Source: a virus (taxonomy: Duplodnaviria > Caudoviricetes). From it: a DNA stretch of 64,000 bases. Shown in pieces: positions 36,227 to 44,297 of the stretch. A program made the translations under genes and the position numbers. Under the pieces are notes generated by a model that saw only the letters and a program-made list of their open reading frames with translations, was not told where the DNA came from and did no database searches. The stretch is from positions 17,497 to 81,496 of the IMG/VR virus record IMGVR_UViG_3300027586_000007, one strand, 5' to 3'. Numbering within the stretch: the stretch's first letter is position 1; each line of letters opens with the position of its first letter.

Positions 36227-38029
36227 ATGTCATTAGACTTTTCAGAATTTATAGAAATCCTTGACGGAGAAGAGTTTGAGGAAAAGCCAGTAGACCTACA
36301 GACTTTTGTAACTAGCCCCGACTATCTTGGCCTGCCTCCGCTTTCAGAAAATCAGTATACTCTTATAGAAAGAAGCTCCCAGATATATAAGGAGTCTACT
36401 TTAATAAAGCTGTATGGCGAAGAGCTTGGCAAAAAACTATTTAAGCAAACCTGTGTTGAAGTTATTGCACAGTTAGGAAAAGGATCTGGCAAAGACTACT
36501 CGTCAACAATTGCAGTTGCATATATAGTACATTTACTATTATGTCTAAAAGACCCAGCGGCCTATTATGGTAAGCCACCCAGAGATGCAATTGATATTTT
36601 AAATATTGCAATAAACTCACAACAAGCAAACAATGTTTTCTTTAAGGGATTCAAGATGAGAATTGAAGTTTCCCCATGGTTTGCTGGGAAATATACCGAC
36701 AAGGCATCAGAAATTAAATTTGATAAATCAATTACAGTTCATTCAGGCCACTCAGAAAGAGAAGCTTGGGAAGGGTACAACGTTCTAGTAGTGATACTTG
36801 ACGAGATATCAGGCTTTGCAACAGAAAATACTAGCGGTCACGATCAAGCAAAAACAGCAGACGCCATATACGATATGTATAGAGCTTCGGTTGACTCTCG
36901 TTTTCCAGATGTAGGTAAAGTTATTTTACTATCTTTCCCACGCTTCAAAAATGACCCTATACAAAAATTTTATGAATCAGTAATAGCGGAAAAAGAAACA
37001 ATTATTAGAACAGAAATATTGAAGCTGGATCAAGATTTGCCAGACGGCACAGAAGGCAATGAGTTTGAGGTGGCATGGGAAGAAGATCATATAGTTTCTT
37101 ATGTTTATCCCAGAGTGTTTGCACTTAAGAGACCAACATGGGAAGTAAATCCAACAAAAAAAATAACAGATTTTACTGTTGCTTTTCATAAGAATGCGCC
37201 AGATGCACTTGGTAGATTTGCTTGTATGCCATCAGATGCTGTAGATGCATTTTTTAAGTCTAGAGAAAAAATTGAGAAGGCTTTTAACCAAGCTAGCTTA
37301 GCCGTAGATAAATTTGGAAGACTTGAAGATTGGTTTAAGCCAGATCTAGAAAAAGATTATTTTATACATGTAGACTTAGCCCAGAAGCACGACCATTGTG
37401 CAGTAGCTATGGGACATGTTAATAAGTGGGTAGAGGTAAAAGTTACAGATACCTACTCCCAGCCAGCCCCTATTGTAGAAATTGATGCAGTTAGATTTTG
37501 GACACCAACCCCAGATAAATCTGTTGATTTTACTGAAGTAAAAGACTACATCCTTGCACTAAGAACTAGAGGGTTTAACATTAAGATGTGTACTTTTGAC
37601 AGATGGAACTCTCACGATATGATGCAACAACTAAAACAATATGGCATCAATACAGAGATTCTGTCTGTCGCTAAAAAACATTATGACGATATGGCTATGG
37701 TAATTTTAGAAGAAAGACTATCTGGTCCACACATACCCTTGCTTATAGATGAGTTGCTTCAGTTGAGAATTATGAGAGACAAGGTTGATCACCCAAGAAA
37801 AGGTTCAAAGGATTTAGCAGATGCTGTATGCGGAGCAGTATATAATTCAATTAGTAGAACCAGAATGCGTAGAGACGAAGAAATAAAAATTCATGACTAT
37901 GAATCTATGAGCTATGACAATGATTTTGGAGTCAGCGATGGCGAAGTAGAAAATGTATACAATATGATTAGGGCGCCAAGAATGCCTGAGAGCTTAGCAA
38001 GATCAATAGAAAATATGGAGATAATATGA
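36227..38029 (+). CDS. terL: Terminase large subunit
   Basis: Walker A GKGSGKD, Walker B ILDEISGF, nuclease acidic motifs HVDLA, FDRWN, KDLADA. Confidence 0.88.
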   Translation: MSLDFSEFIEILDGEEFEEKPVDLQTFVTSPDYLGLPPLSENQYTLIERSSQIYKESTLIKLYGEELGKKLFKQTCVEVIAQLGKGSGKDYSSTIAVAYIVHLLLCLKDPAAYYGKPPRDAIDILNIAINSQQANNVFFKGFKMRIEVSPWFAGKYTDKASEIKFDKSITVHSGHSEREAWEGYNVLVVILDEISGFATENTSGHDQAKTADAIYDMYRASVDSRFPDVGKVILLSFPRFKNDPIQKFYESVIAEKETIIRTEILKLDQDLPDGTEGNEFEVAWEEDHIVSYVYPRVFALKRPTWEVNPTKKITDFTVAFHKNAPDALGRFACMPSDAVDAFFKSREKIEKAFNQASLAVDKFGRLEDWFKPDLEKDYFIHVDLAQKHDHCAVAMGHVNKWVEVKVTDTYSQPAPIVEIDAVRFWTPTPDKSVDFTEVKDYILALRTRGFNIKMCTFDRWNSHDMMQQLKQYGINTEILSVAKKHYDDMAMVILEERLSGPHIPLLIDELLQLRIMRDKVDHPRKGSKDLADAVCGAVYNSISRTRMRRDEEIKIHDYESMSYDNDFGVSDGEVENVYNMIRAPRMPESLARSIENMEII

Positions 38030-38262
38030 GCGAGTACCAAGAGAGAGCAAAAGAATGTAAGTGTTGCACAAAACACGTACCCCTTCCAACAACACTAAAA
38101 AGATATAATAAGATTACTTTATGTCCAACAACATACTATAATGTTATTGAATATAAAAGAATATGGGAGTCGTACGGATCTAGGCCAGCAGGTAATGTTA
38201 GAAAACATTTTTCAGAATACGTACAGCAAATAGTAGAGTCTACTATTGACACATCTGAATAA
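38026..38262 (+). CDS. Hypothetical Cys-containing protein
   Basis: ATGA-coupled ORF; CKCC...CP. Confidence 0.55.
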   Translation: MSEYQERAKECKCCTKHVPLPTTLKRYNKITLCPTTYYNVIEYKRIWESYGSRPAGNVRKHFSEYVQQIVESTIDTSE

Positions 38263-38282
38263 TATAGTACAATTAAGCTAAA

Positions 38283-38356
38283 GTGCCAATAGCTTAGTTG
38301 GTTAAAGCCCCGAACTCATAATTCGGTAATCGTAGGTTCAAGTCCTACTTGGCACA
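38283..38356 (+). tRNA. tRNA with CAT anticodon (Ile2-like or elongator Met)
   Basis: Acceptor GTGCCAA/TTGGCAC; anticodon arm CCGAA-CTCATAA-TTCGG; T arm GTAGG-TTCAAGT-CCTAC; no encoded CCA. Confidence 0.9.
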
Positions 38357-38375
38357 CATGAAACGGGAGGAAAAA

Positions 38376-38975
38376 ATGAACGACAATTATTTCTTAGACT
38401 TAGGTCTAAACAAGATAGGCCTTAACATATATGTATATAAAAACTTTTTATCCATAGATGAGATTGAAAGCTTGACAGTTCTATTTGATGAGGTAAAGCA
38501 AAACTCATTATTTGATCCAGGTTTGGTCGGCACACCTTTTGAAAATAAGGTCTCTGTCCCACTCAAAGAGATGGAGCCAGTTTTGGATAAGGCAAAATCT
38601 TTGTTCGGGTCTACATTTTCACTTCATCCAAACACGTCGGTAAATGTTATGCGTGAAGGTGATGAATGGGGACAGCACTCAGACAATCATGATTTTATTG
38701 AAAAAAGAAATTTAAGTTTATTGTTAAAAGACGGAGAGCCATACGAAGTAGTTCAAGACACCAAATACGGTATAGTAGTTTATTTTAATGAAGTAGAAGA
38801 GGGTGGAGAGCTTTATTATTCTAATCAGGATATAACTTATTCTCCAAGCCCAGGGGACTTAATTGTTCACAGTGCAGAAGAAGATTGTATGCATGGGGTA
38901 AATACAATTATCCGTGGACACAGGTATTCCTATTCAAATTTCCTTTCTACTGATCTTAAAATACCATCTAATTAA
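38376..38975 (+). CDS. 2OG-Fe(II) oxygenase #2
   Basis: HSD...YFNEVEEGGE...GDLIVH...MHGV...RYS; start ATG 38376 after GGGAGG. Confidence 0.85.
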   Translation: MNDNYFLDLGLNKIGLNIYVYKNFLSIDEIESLTVLFDEVKQNSLFDPGLVGTPFENKVSVPLKEMEPVLDKAKSLFGSTFSLHPNTSVNVMREGDEWGQHSDNHDFIEKRNLSLLLKDGEPYEVVQDTKYGIVVYFNEVEEGGELYYSNQDITYSPSPGDLIVHSAEEDCMHGVNTIIRGHRYSYSNFLSTDLKIPSN

Positions 38976-38979
38976 TAAA

Positions 38980-39052
38980 GCCTTCGTAGCTCAGGGGATA
39001 GAGCAACTGCCTTCTAAGCAGTAGGTCGCAGGTTCAATTCCTGCCGACGGCA
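38980..39052 (+). tRNA. trnR: tRNA-Arg(TCT)
   Basis: Cloverleaf; anticodon arm ACTGC-CTTCTAA-GCAGT; T arm GCAGG-TTCAATT-CCTGC; one mismatch in the acceptor stem. Confidence 0.9.
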
Positions 39053-39118
39053 CAGCATGTTTTTTTAATGCTATAAATGCTATAATGATAAAAATAGATA
39101 TACTAAAAGGAGAATAAA

Positions 39119-39712
39119 ATGGCAGCAGTACAGGGATCAGCAGCAAGACTAGTAGAGGTAGCGCTAGCAGAAGTTGGAACTATTGAAGGACCAAAAGATA
39201 ATGAAACAAAGTATGGTAAGTTTACAAAGTCAAACTTTCAACCATGGTGTGGATCATTTGTTATGTGGTGTGCAGATCAAGCAGGAGTAAAAGTTCCTAA
39301 TACAGTATATACACCAGCAGGAGCACAAGCATTTATTAAGGCAGGAACATGGCAGATGGCGGAAGTAGCAACACCAGAAGTCGGAGATATTGCTTATTTT
39401 GATTTCCCATCAGACGGAGTAGACAGAATTTCTCACGTAGGAATTGTTGTTGGTGTTAATACAGATGGCACAGTAGATGTTGTAGAAGGAAATACATCTT
39501 CAGATAAGAAAGGCGATCAGAGAAATGGCGGAGAATGCTGTCTTAAGAATCGTGCATACAAGAAGAAGAATGGATCAAAGCTTCGTAGAAGCCAGATTGT
39601 AGGCATTGTAGGATTTGGACGACCAAAATTTGGACAAGCAGTTAAGCCGAAGGTAGACAAGCCAGTGGTTAAGAAGGCTGCAGCAAAGCCAACAACAGTA
39701 AAAAAGAAGTAA
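39119..39712 (+). CDS. CHAP-domain peptidoglycan hydrolase (probable endolysin)
   Basis: PWCGSFV (catalytic Cys), SHVGIV (His), VEGN; basic C-terminal tail. Confidence 0.85.
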   Translation: MAAVQGSAARLVEVALAEVGTIEGPKDNETKYGKFTKSNFQPWCGSFVMWCADQAGVKVPNTVYTPAGAQAFIKAGTWQMAEVATPEVGDIAYFDFPSDGVDRISHVGIVVGVNTDGTVDVVEGNTSSDKKGDQRNGGECCLKNRAYKKKNGSKLRRSQIVGIVGFGRPKFGQAVKPKVDKPVVKKAAAKPTTVKKK

Positions 39713-39716
39713 TAAA

Positions 39717-40760
39717 ATTAAAAAGAATACTTCTGTCAACGGGCTATGCTTTGATGATATCTTGCTTTTGCCCAATGACTCTTCACCGTTGCTAAGTAGA
39801 TCCCATATAGATCTAACTACCAAAATAGGTAATCCCAACAACCCAGAGGCAATTATAGAGTTTGAATCTCCAATAATTTCTGCTCCGATGGAATCAATTT
39901 CTTCAAGAGAAATGTTTTCTATTTTGGTAACTTCTGGGTGTATAGTGACAACGGTTAGAACTGACTCAATAGATTCAAAAATTCAAAAGTCTTTAGAAGT
40001 TAATCCAAAAAGAGTTGCTGTTACCATAAAAGTAAAAGATGTTTATAATGATGAGGCCATTAATAAAATTATAAAAAGTAATATAAAAATAATATTACTG
40101 GATGTAGCTAATGGCCACTTAAAGTTAGTTGCTGATGCAATATCTCATCTAAGAGAAATTGTTCCTAGATCAATGCATATTATGTGCGGGAACGTATCTT
40201 CATATGGGGCATACAAAATGCTTATGGATGCTGGATGTGATTCAGTTAGAGTTGGAATTGGAGGAGGTGCAGCATGCACTACTCGAATAATGACTGGCTT
40301 TGGAGCACCAACACTTTCTTCTATAATGAACATTTATGAAATGGTAAAAGATGACGAAGTTAACGGTATAATTGCAGACGGTGGCATTAAGACATCTGGA
40401 GACATTGTAAAGGCTTTAGGAGCTGGAGCAAGCGCCGTAATGCTTGGGTATATGTTGGCAGGTCACGACGAATGTACTTCAGAAAACGGAGAGTATTCAT
40501 TAATAGGACTTGGATCGAAAGAGTTTGCTGCAAGAGAAGAAGGAATATCTAATGTTAAAAACCCTATATTTAATTTTGAAGGAGTTGCTGGAAAGATAGA
40601 GTCTAGGGGACCAGCATTTGAAGGACTATGGAATATACTAAACAATACCAAAAGTGCATTTACTTATTCTGGCGCAGGTAATATTAAAGAACTTCAAAAT
40701 AATTTGCAGTATATAGAAGTCTCGCCACAATCTATAAAAGAATCGGGAAGTAGGATATAA
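39717..40760 (+). CDS. IMPDH/GMP-reductase family enzyme (no CBS domains); probable ATT start
   Basis: GLCFDDILLLP, SAPME, LDVANGH, GNV, VGIGGGAACTTR, IADGGI...GDIVKALGAGA. Confidence 0.85.
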   Translation: MKKNTSVNGLCFDDILLLPNDSSPLLSRSHIDLTTKIGNPNNPEAIIEFESPIISAPMESISSREMFSILVTSGCIVTTVRTDSIDSKIQKSLEVNPKRVAVTIKVKDVYNDEAINKIIKSNIKIILLDVANGHLKLVADAISHLREIVPRSMHIMCGNVSSYGAYKMLMDAGCDSVRVGIGGGAACTTRIMTGFGAPTLSSIMNIYEMVKDDEVNGIIADGGIKTSGDIVKALGAGASAVMLGYMLAGHDECTSENGEYSLIGLGSKEFAAREEGISNVKNPIFNFEGVAGKIESRGPAFEGLWNILNNTKSAFTYSGAGNIKELQNNLQYIEVSPQSIKESGSRI

Positions 40761-41167
40761 TGTTTGAATACTATGTTAAAAAAGTAAATAAGGTAGTTGA
40801 TGGAGACACTATAGATGTTGAAATTGACCTAGGCTTTGATATATCTTTTAGTTCTAGAGTAAGGCTTGCTGGGATAGATACCCCAGAAAGCAGAACAACA
40901 GATAAAGCGGAGAAGGCCCTAGGCCTTGAAGCCAAGGCTTACGTAAAAAACCAGATTGATTCTGCAAAAACAGTTGTGATCAAAACTGAAAAGATGGACA
41001 GTTCTGAAAAGTATGGAAGAATTTTAGGATGGGTATTTTTAGATAACTCATCTGTGTCATTAAATCAAAAGATGATTGATGACGGATATGCTTGGGGATA
41101 CCTTGGCGATACAAAAGTAAAGGATTTTGAAGCACTTGCTAAAGCAAGATCAAAGTCTAAAAAATAA
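40760..41167 (+). CDS. Thermonuclease (SNase-like)
   Basis: VVDGDTI, RVRLAGIDTPE, KYGRILG. Confidence 0.9.
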   Translation: MFEYYVKKVNKVVDGDTIDVEIDLGFDISFSSRVRLAGIDTPESRTTDKAEKALGLEAKAYVKNQIDSAKTVVIKTEKMDSSEKYGRILGWVFLDNSSVSLNQKMIDDGYAWGYLGDTKVKDFEALAKARSKSKK

Positions 41168-41201
41168 CTTGCAGTTTTAGTCACCTAAATGCTATAATGT
41201 A

Positions 41202-41228
41202 TTAGTACCTGCCAAATGGGGGTACTAA
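41202..41228 (+). promoter_or_regulatory. CIRCE-like inverted repeat downstream of the hsp20 promoter
   Basis: TTAGTACCT-N9-GGGTACTAA, 3 nt after TATAAT (41193-41198). Confidence 0.55.
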
Positions 41229-41254
41229 TTTAACTCGCTTAAAAGGAGCATAAA

Positions 41255-41671
41255 ATGGTAACACAATTTGCAATGGATCTTTTCAAGGATCCATTTTTTA
41301 TTGGTTTCAACCGAGAGTTGGAACGATTTAACAGTCTAAGTAAGGTAAACAATACAGCTTTTCCGCCGTATGACTTATTGAAGTTAGATGAGGATAACTA
41401 TCAACTGTCTTTGGCAGTTGCTGGATTCACAAGAGATGATCTAACTGTATCTATTGAAGATGGAAGTCTTTGGATTACAGGTGAAATCAAAGAGGTAATT
41501 GACGCAGAGGTTGTTCATAAAGGAATAGCTGCACGTAAGTTTACAAGAATCTTTGAGCTTAGTGAATACATGGAAGTATCCAATGTCGAGCTAAAAGATG
41601 GAATGCTACACATTAATGTAGTAAGAAACATCCCAAAGGAAAAGCAACCAAAAGTCCTAAAAATTAAATAA
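41255..41671 (+). CDS. hsp20: Small heat-shock protein Hsp20
   Basis: FPPYDL, LAVAGF, HKGIAARKFTRIF, LKDGMLHI. Confidence 0.93.
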   Translation: MVTQFAMDLFKDPFFIGFNRELERFNSLSKVNNTAFPPYDLLKLDEDNYQLSLAVAGFTRDDLTVSIEDGSLWITGEIKEVIDAEVVHKGIAARKFTRIFELSEYMEVSNVELKDGMLHINVVRNIPKEKQPKVLKIK

Positions 41672-41720
41672 CATTCTGTACGTCGGTGGACATCGGGATA
41701 TGTAGGAAGCGTACAGTATG

Positions 41721-41746
41721 CACCTGAGCATGTGTTTAAAAGGCTC
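41721..41746 (+). ncRNA. Candidate H-type pseudoknot RNA motif, copy 1
   Basis: CAC-CT-GAGC-AT-GTG-TTTAAAAG-GCTC; covaries with copy 2 at 59242. Confidence 0.55.
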
Positions 41747-41763
41747 ACTAACTAAGGAGAATT

Positions 41764-42531
41764 ATGATTATTCAGATTATGGGGCTACCAGGCTCGGGCA
41801 AGACAGAGCTTGCAAAAGCATTAAAAGAACGCATTAACGCTATACATCTTAACGCCGATGAAGTAAGAGCAACAGTTAACTCAGACCTTGCGTTTACCAT
41901 AGAGGACAGAATAGAGCACTCAAGACGAATGGGAGAAATGGCAAGATTAATTTCTAATCAGGGTGTTGCCCCAGTTGTAGTTGATTTTGTTTGTCCTACA
42001 AAAAGCACAAGAGATGCTTTTGGCAAACCAGACATTTTAATTTTTATGGATACAATTCAAGAAGGTAGATTTGAAGATACCAATAAAATGTTTGATCCAC
42101 CAAAGGAAACAGAGTCAGATATGGTTTTTACAGATCACCTCTTTAATGCAAATCAAAAAGCTGAATTAATAGCTAAACATTTTCATTTACACGATTGGTC
42201 AGCACCAACCACACTAATGCTTGGAAGATATCAGCCATGGCATGAAGGGCACCATGCTCTTTATCAAGAGGCTGGCAAAAGAACAAACCAAGTTCTTCTT
42301 GGAGTCAGAAATACATATAACACAGATGATAAGAATCCGCTTAAGTTTGATGAAGTAAAAGAATATATTGCAAAAGATGAATTTATGGCTGGCGCCTTGG
42401 TTTTGAGACTACCTAATATTACTAACATAGTTTATGGCAGAGATGTAGGATATAAGATTGAGCAAGTCTCGTTAGGAGCAGAAATTGAAGCTATCAGTGC
42501 TACGCAAAAACGTGAAGAAATGGGTCTCTAA
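41764..42531 (+). CDS. Adenylylsulfate-kinase-like P-loop kinase fused to an HxGH nucleotidyltransferase
   Basis: GLPGSGKT, ADEVR...DLAFTIEDRIEHSRR, DFVCP (CysC-like); GRYQPWHEGH (cytidylyltransferase/NMNAT-like). Confidence 0.8.
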   Translation: MIIQIMGLPGSGKTELAKALKERINAIHLNADEVRATVNSDLAFTIEDRIEHSRRMGEMARLISNQGVAPVVVDFVCPTKSTRDAFGKPDILIFMDTIQEGRFEDTNKMFDPPKETESDMVFTDHLFNANQKAELIAKHFHLHDWSAPTTLMLGRYQPWHEGHHALYQEAGKRTNQVLLGVRNTYNTDDKNPLKFDEVKEYIAKDEFMAGALVLRLPNITNIVYGRDVGYKIEQVSLGAEIEAISATQKREEMGL

Positions 42532-42567
42532 AATTTGGGACTTTGTAACAAAAGATAATAATATTGA

Positions 42568-42780
42568 GTGGCCATCATGAATGTAAGTAAACAAAGATCA
42601 GCATTAAAGGCTGTTACTTGGCGTATCATTGGCACAGCAGATACCTTTGTTATATCTTGGGTTATAACTAAAGAGCCTGTTACAGCAGGAGCAATAGCAA
42701 GCTTTGAGGTATTTACAAAAACTATACTTTATTATTTTCATGAACGTGGGTGGAATAAAGTTAAGTGGGGTAGAAAGTAA
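42568..42780 (+). CDS. DUF2061-like small membrane protein
   Basis: RSALKAVTWR...KTILYYFHERGW. Confidence 0.8.
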   Translation: MAIMNVSKQRSALKAVTWRIIGTADTFVISWVITKEPVTAGAIASFEVFTKTILYYFHERGWNKVKWGRK

Positions 42781-42965
42781 TGCCAATATATGAATACAAA
42801 TGCTCGTATGACGATGCACATCCGATAATGTCAATAAACAGATCTATTACAGATGCAGATCCAGGATATGCCTGTGTTGAATGTGAGTCCAGCATGACGA
42901 GACATTTCACGCCGTTTGGAATTCAATTTAAGGGCAATGGGTTTTATAAAACCGATAATAGGTAA
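42780..42965 (+). CDS. FmdB-family zinc-ribbon protein
   Basis: MPIYEYKC...CVEC...FKGNGFYKTD. Confidence 0.85.
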   Translation: MPIYEYKCSYDDAHPIMSINRSITDADPGYACVECESSMTRHFTPFGIQFKGNGFYKTDNR

Positions 42966-43553
42966 TTAAAATAGTTTGTTGTTTATTGCAAAGCACGGCA
43001 CAGTGTATTTGTCGTCATTAAATATTTGAGTAACTTCATGCTCATATTCTTCTGAGCCAGGGTGACAAAGCAAAGAATTCTGTTTTGGTTTCATTCTTAT
43101 ATTTTTATTAGGGTAGCAAACCTCACCGCCGTCGTAACTATCATTAATATAATAGTTTAAACCTAAAAATATTGCAGTGGTGTTAGAGTCTACGCCACCA
43201 GATTCATTAATAAATCCATAATCATCAGAATGTCTTCCGAATGATAGTTCGCTGTTGTTGTCAGATTCATTATATTTTTTAAATTTGGTGATAGACATTC
43301 TTTTACCAATGCTATGAATGTCGTTGTTACAAAGGTCTTCTAATTTAAAGGTAAGTTCTTCCCAGGCTAAACGATACGATTCTTTTAATTCCAGGCCGTA
43401 CATATTAAAGGCCCCTCTATTTAAAAAGAAATCTTCCTTATATTCAAATTTATTATCATATTCCTTACACATATCTAAAAAAGAATTAAATGAGGCGTCA
43501 GATAGAAAATTGTCTATATAAAATATTTGATCGTCTAGATATATTTTTTCCAT
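42966..43553 (-). CDS. 2OG-Fe(II) oxygenase #3
   Basis: HSD...YINDSYDGGE...HPG...HEV...KY; leaderless promoter. Confidence 0.82.
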   Translation of the reverse strand: MEKIYLDDQIFYIDNFLSDASFNSFLDMCKEYDNKFEYKEDFFLNRGAFNMYGLELKESYRLAWEELTFKLEDLCNNDIHSIGKRMSITKFKKYNESDNNSELSFGRHSDDYGFINESGGVDSNTTAIFLGLNYYINDSYDGGEVCYPNKNIRMKPKQNSLLCHPGSEEYEHEVTQIFNDDKYTVPCFAINNKLF

Positions 43554-43583
43554 ATACCTATTGTATCATGCTATAATAGAGGT
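43554..43583. promoter_or_regulatory. Back-to-back divergent leaderless promoters
   Basis: Minus strand TGATACAAT-N6-ATG; plus strand TGCTATAAT-N6-ATG; 30 bp between the two ATGs. Confidence 0.75.
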
Positions 43584-44231
43584 ATGTCAAATGAAAAAAA
43601 GGTATTAATAGTTGGTGGGACTTCCTGCATAGCAAAAGAAATAATAGAGGCCCTAGAGTCTAATCAATATAAGATAAATTTAATGACCTTTAGACAGCAA
43701 TGGAAAATTTATGGTGATTATACTTGGGCTTATTGTGATCTTGAAGAAGTAGATAGCGTAAATAATCTAATAGATTTAATAAAAAAAGATAAATATTCAA
43801 AGATGATTTTTTTACCAGGCAATTCTTTAGGTCCAGTAGTTGGTGAGCATTCCTATGAACAACTTGAGGCATTTTATAATGCGTTTGTTTTTAGGTATAA
43901 TTTTTTAATTAAAGAAGCCTCTAAGTGTTTAACAGAAGACGGACAAATTATTTCTATATCTTCTATAGCTGCTAATATAGCAATTAATGACGCACACTAT
44001 TCTGCAGTAAAGGCTGGCGTTCAGGCATTTGTAAAATCCCTATCGCTTAAGCTAAGGCCAAACCAATCTGCTTTTTCAATATCTCCAGGGTTAATATATA
44101 ACTCTACTACATTTAATAAACAAAAATATATTGGTGACATATCTGAGTTAGCAACTAAAGATCAGATAGCTAAAATCATAGCTAACGCTGACAAAAGTTA
44201 TAATGGTAAAGTCATAGAGATTGGTTACTAG
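43584..44231 (+). CDS. Short-chain dehydrogenase/reductase
   Basis: VLIVGGTSCIA Rossmann motif; ISSIA; YSAVK (YxxxK); ISPG. Confidence 0.85.
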   Translation: MSNEKKVLIVGGTSCIAKEIIEALESNQYKINLMTFRQQWKIYGDYTWAYCDLEEVDSVNNLIDLIKKDKYSKMIFLPGNSLGPVVGEHSYEQLEAFYNAFVFRYNFLIKEASKCLTEDGQIISISSIAANIAINDAHYSAVKAGVQAFVKSLSLKLRPNQSAFSISPGLIYNSTTFNKQKYIGDISELATKDQIAKIIANADKSYNGKVIEIGY

Positions 44232-44297
44232 TTTAAACTAACATTCTGCTATAATTACTAAGTAAGCAAAAATATTGCATTACTTAGGAGATCCTAA

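Noticed and set aside
23533-38029. Inteins/introns in DnaB, DnaE, RecA, terminase
   Set aside because: Lengths are normal, with no C/S...HN splice motifs, LAGLIDADG blocks or frame breaks seen.
39119-39712. Canonical lysis cassette (holin-endolysin-spanin)
   Set aside because: The CHAP gene has no adjacent membrane protein, so any holin assignment elsewhere is speculative.
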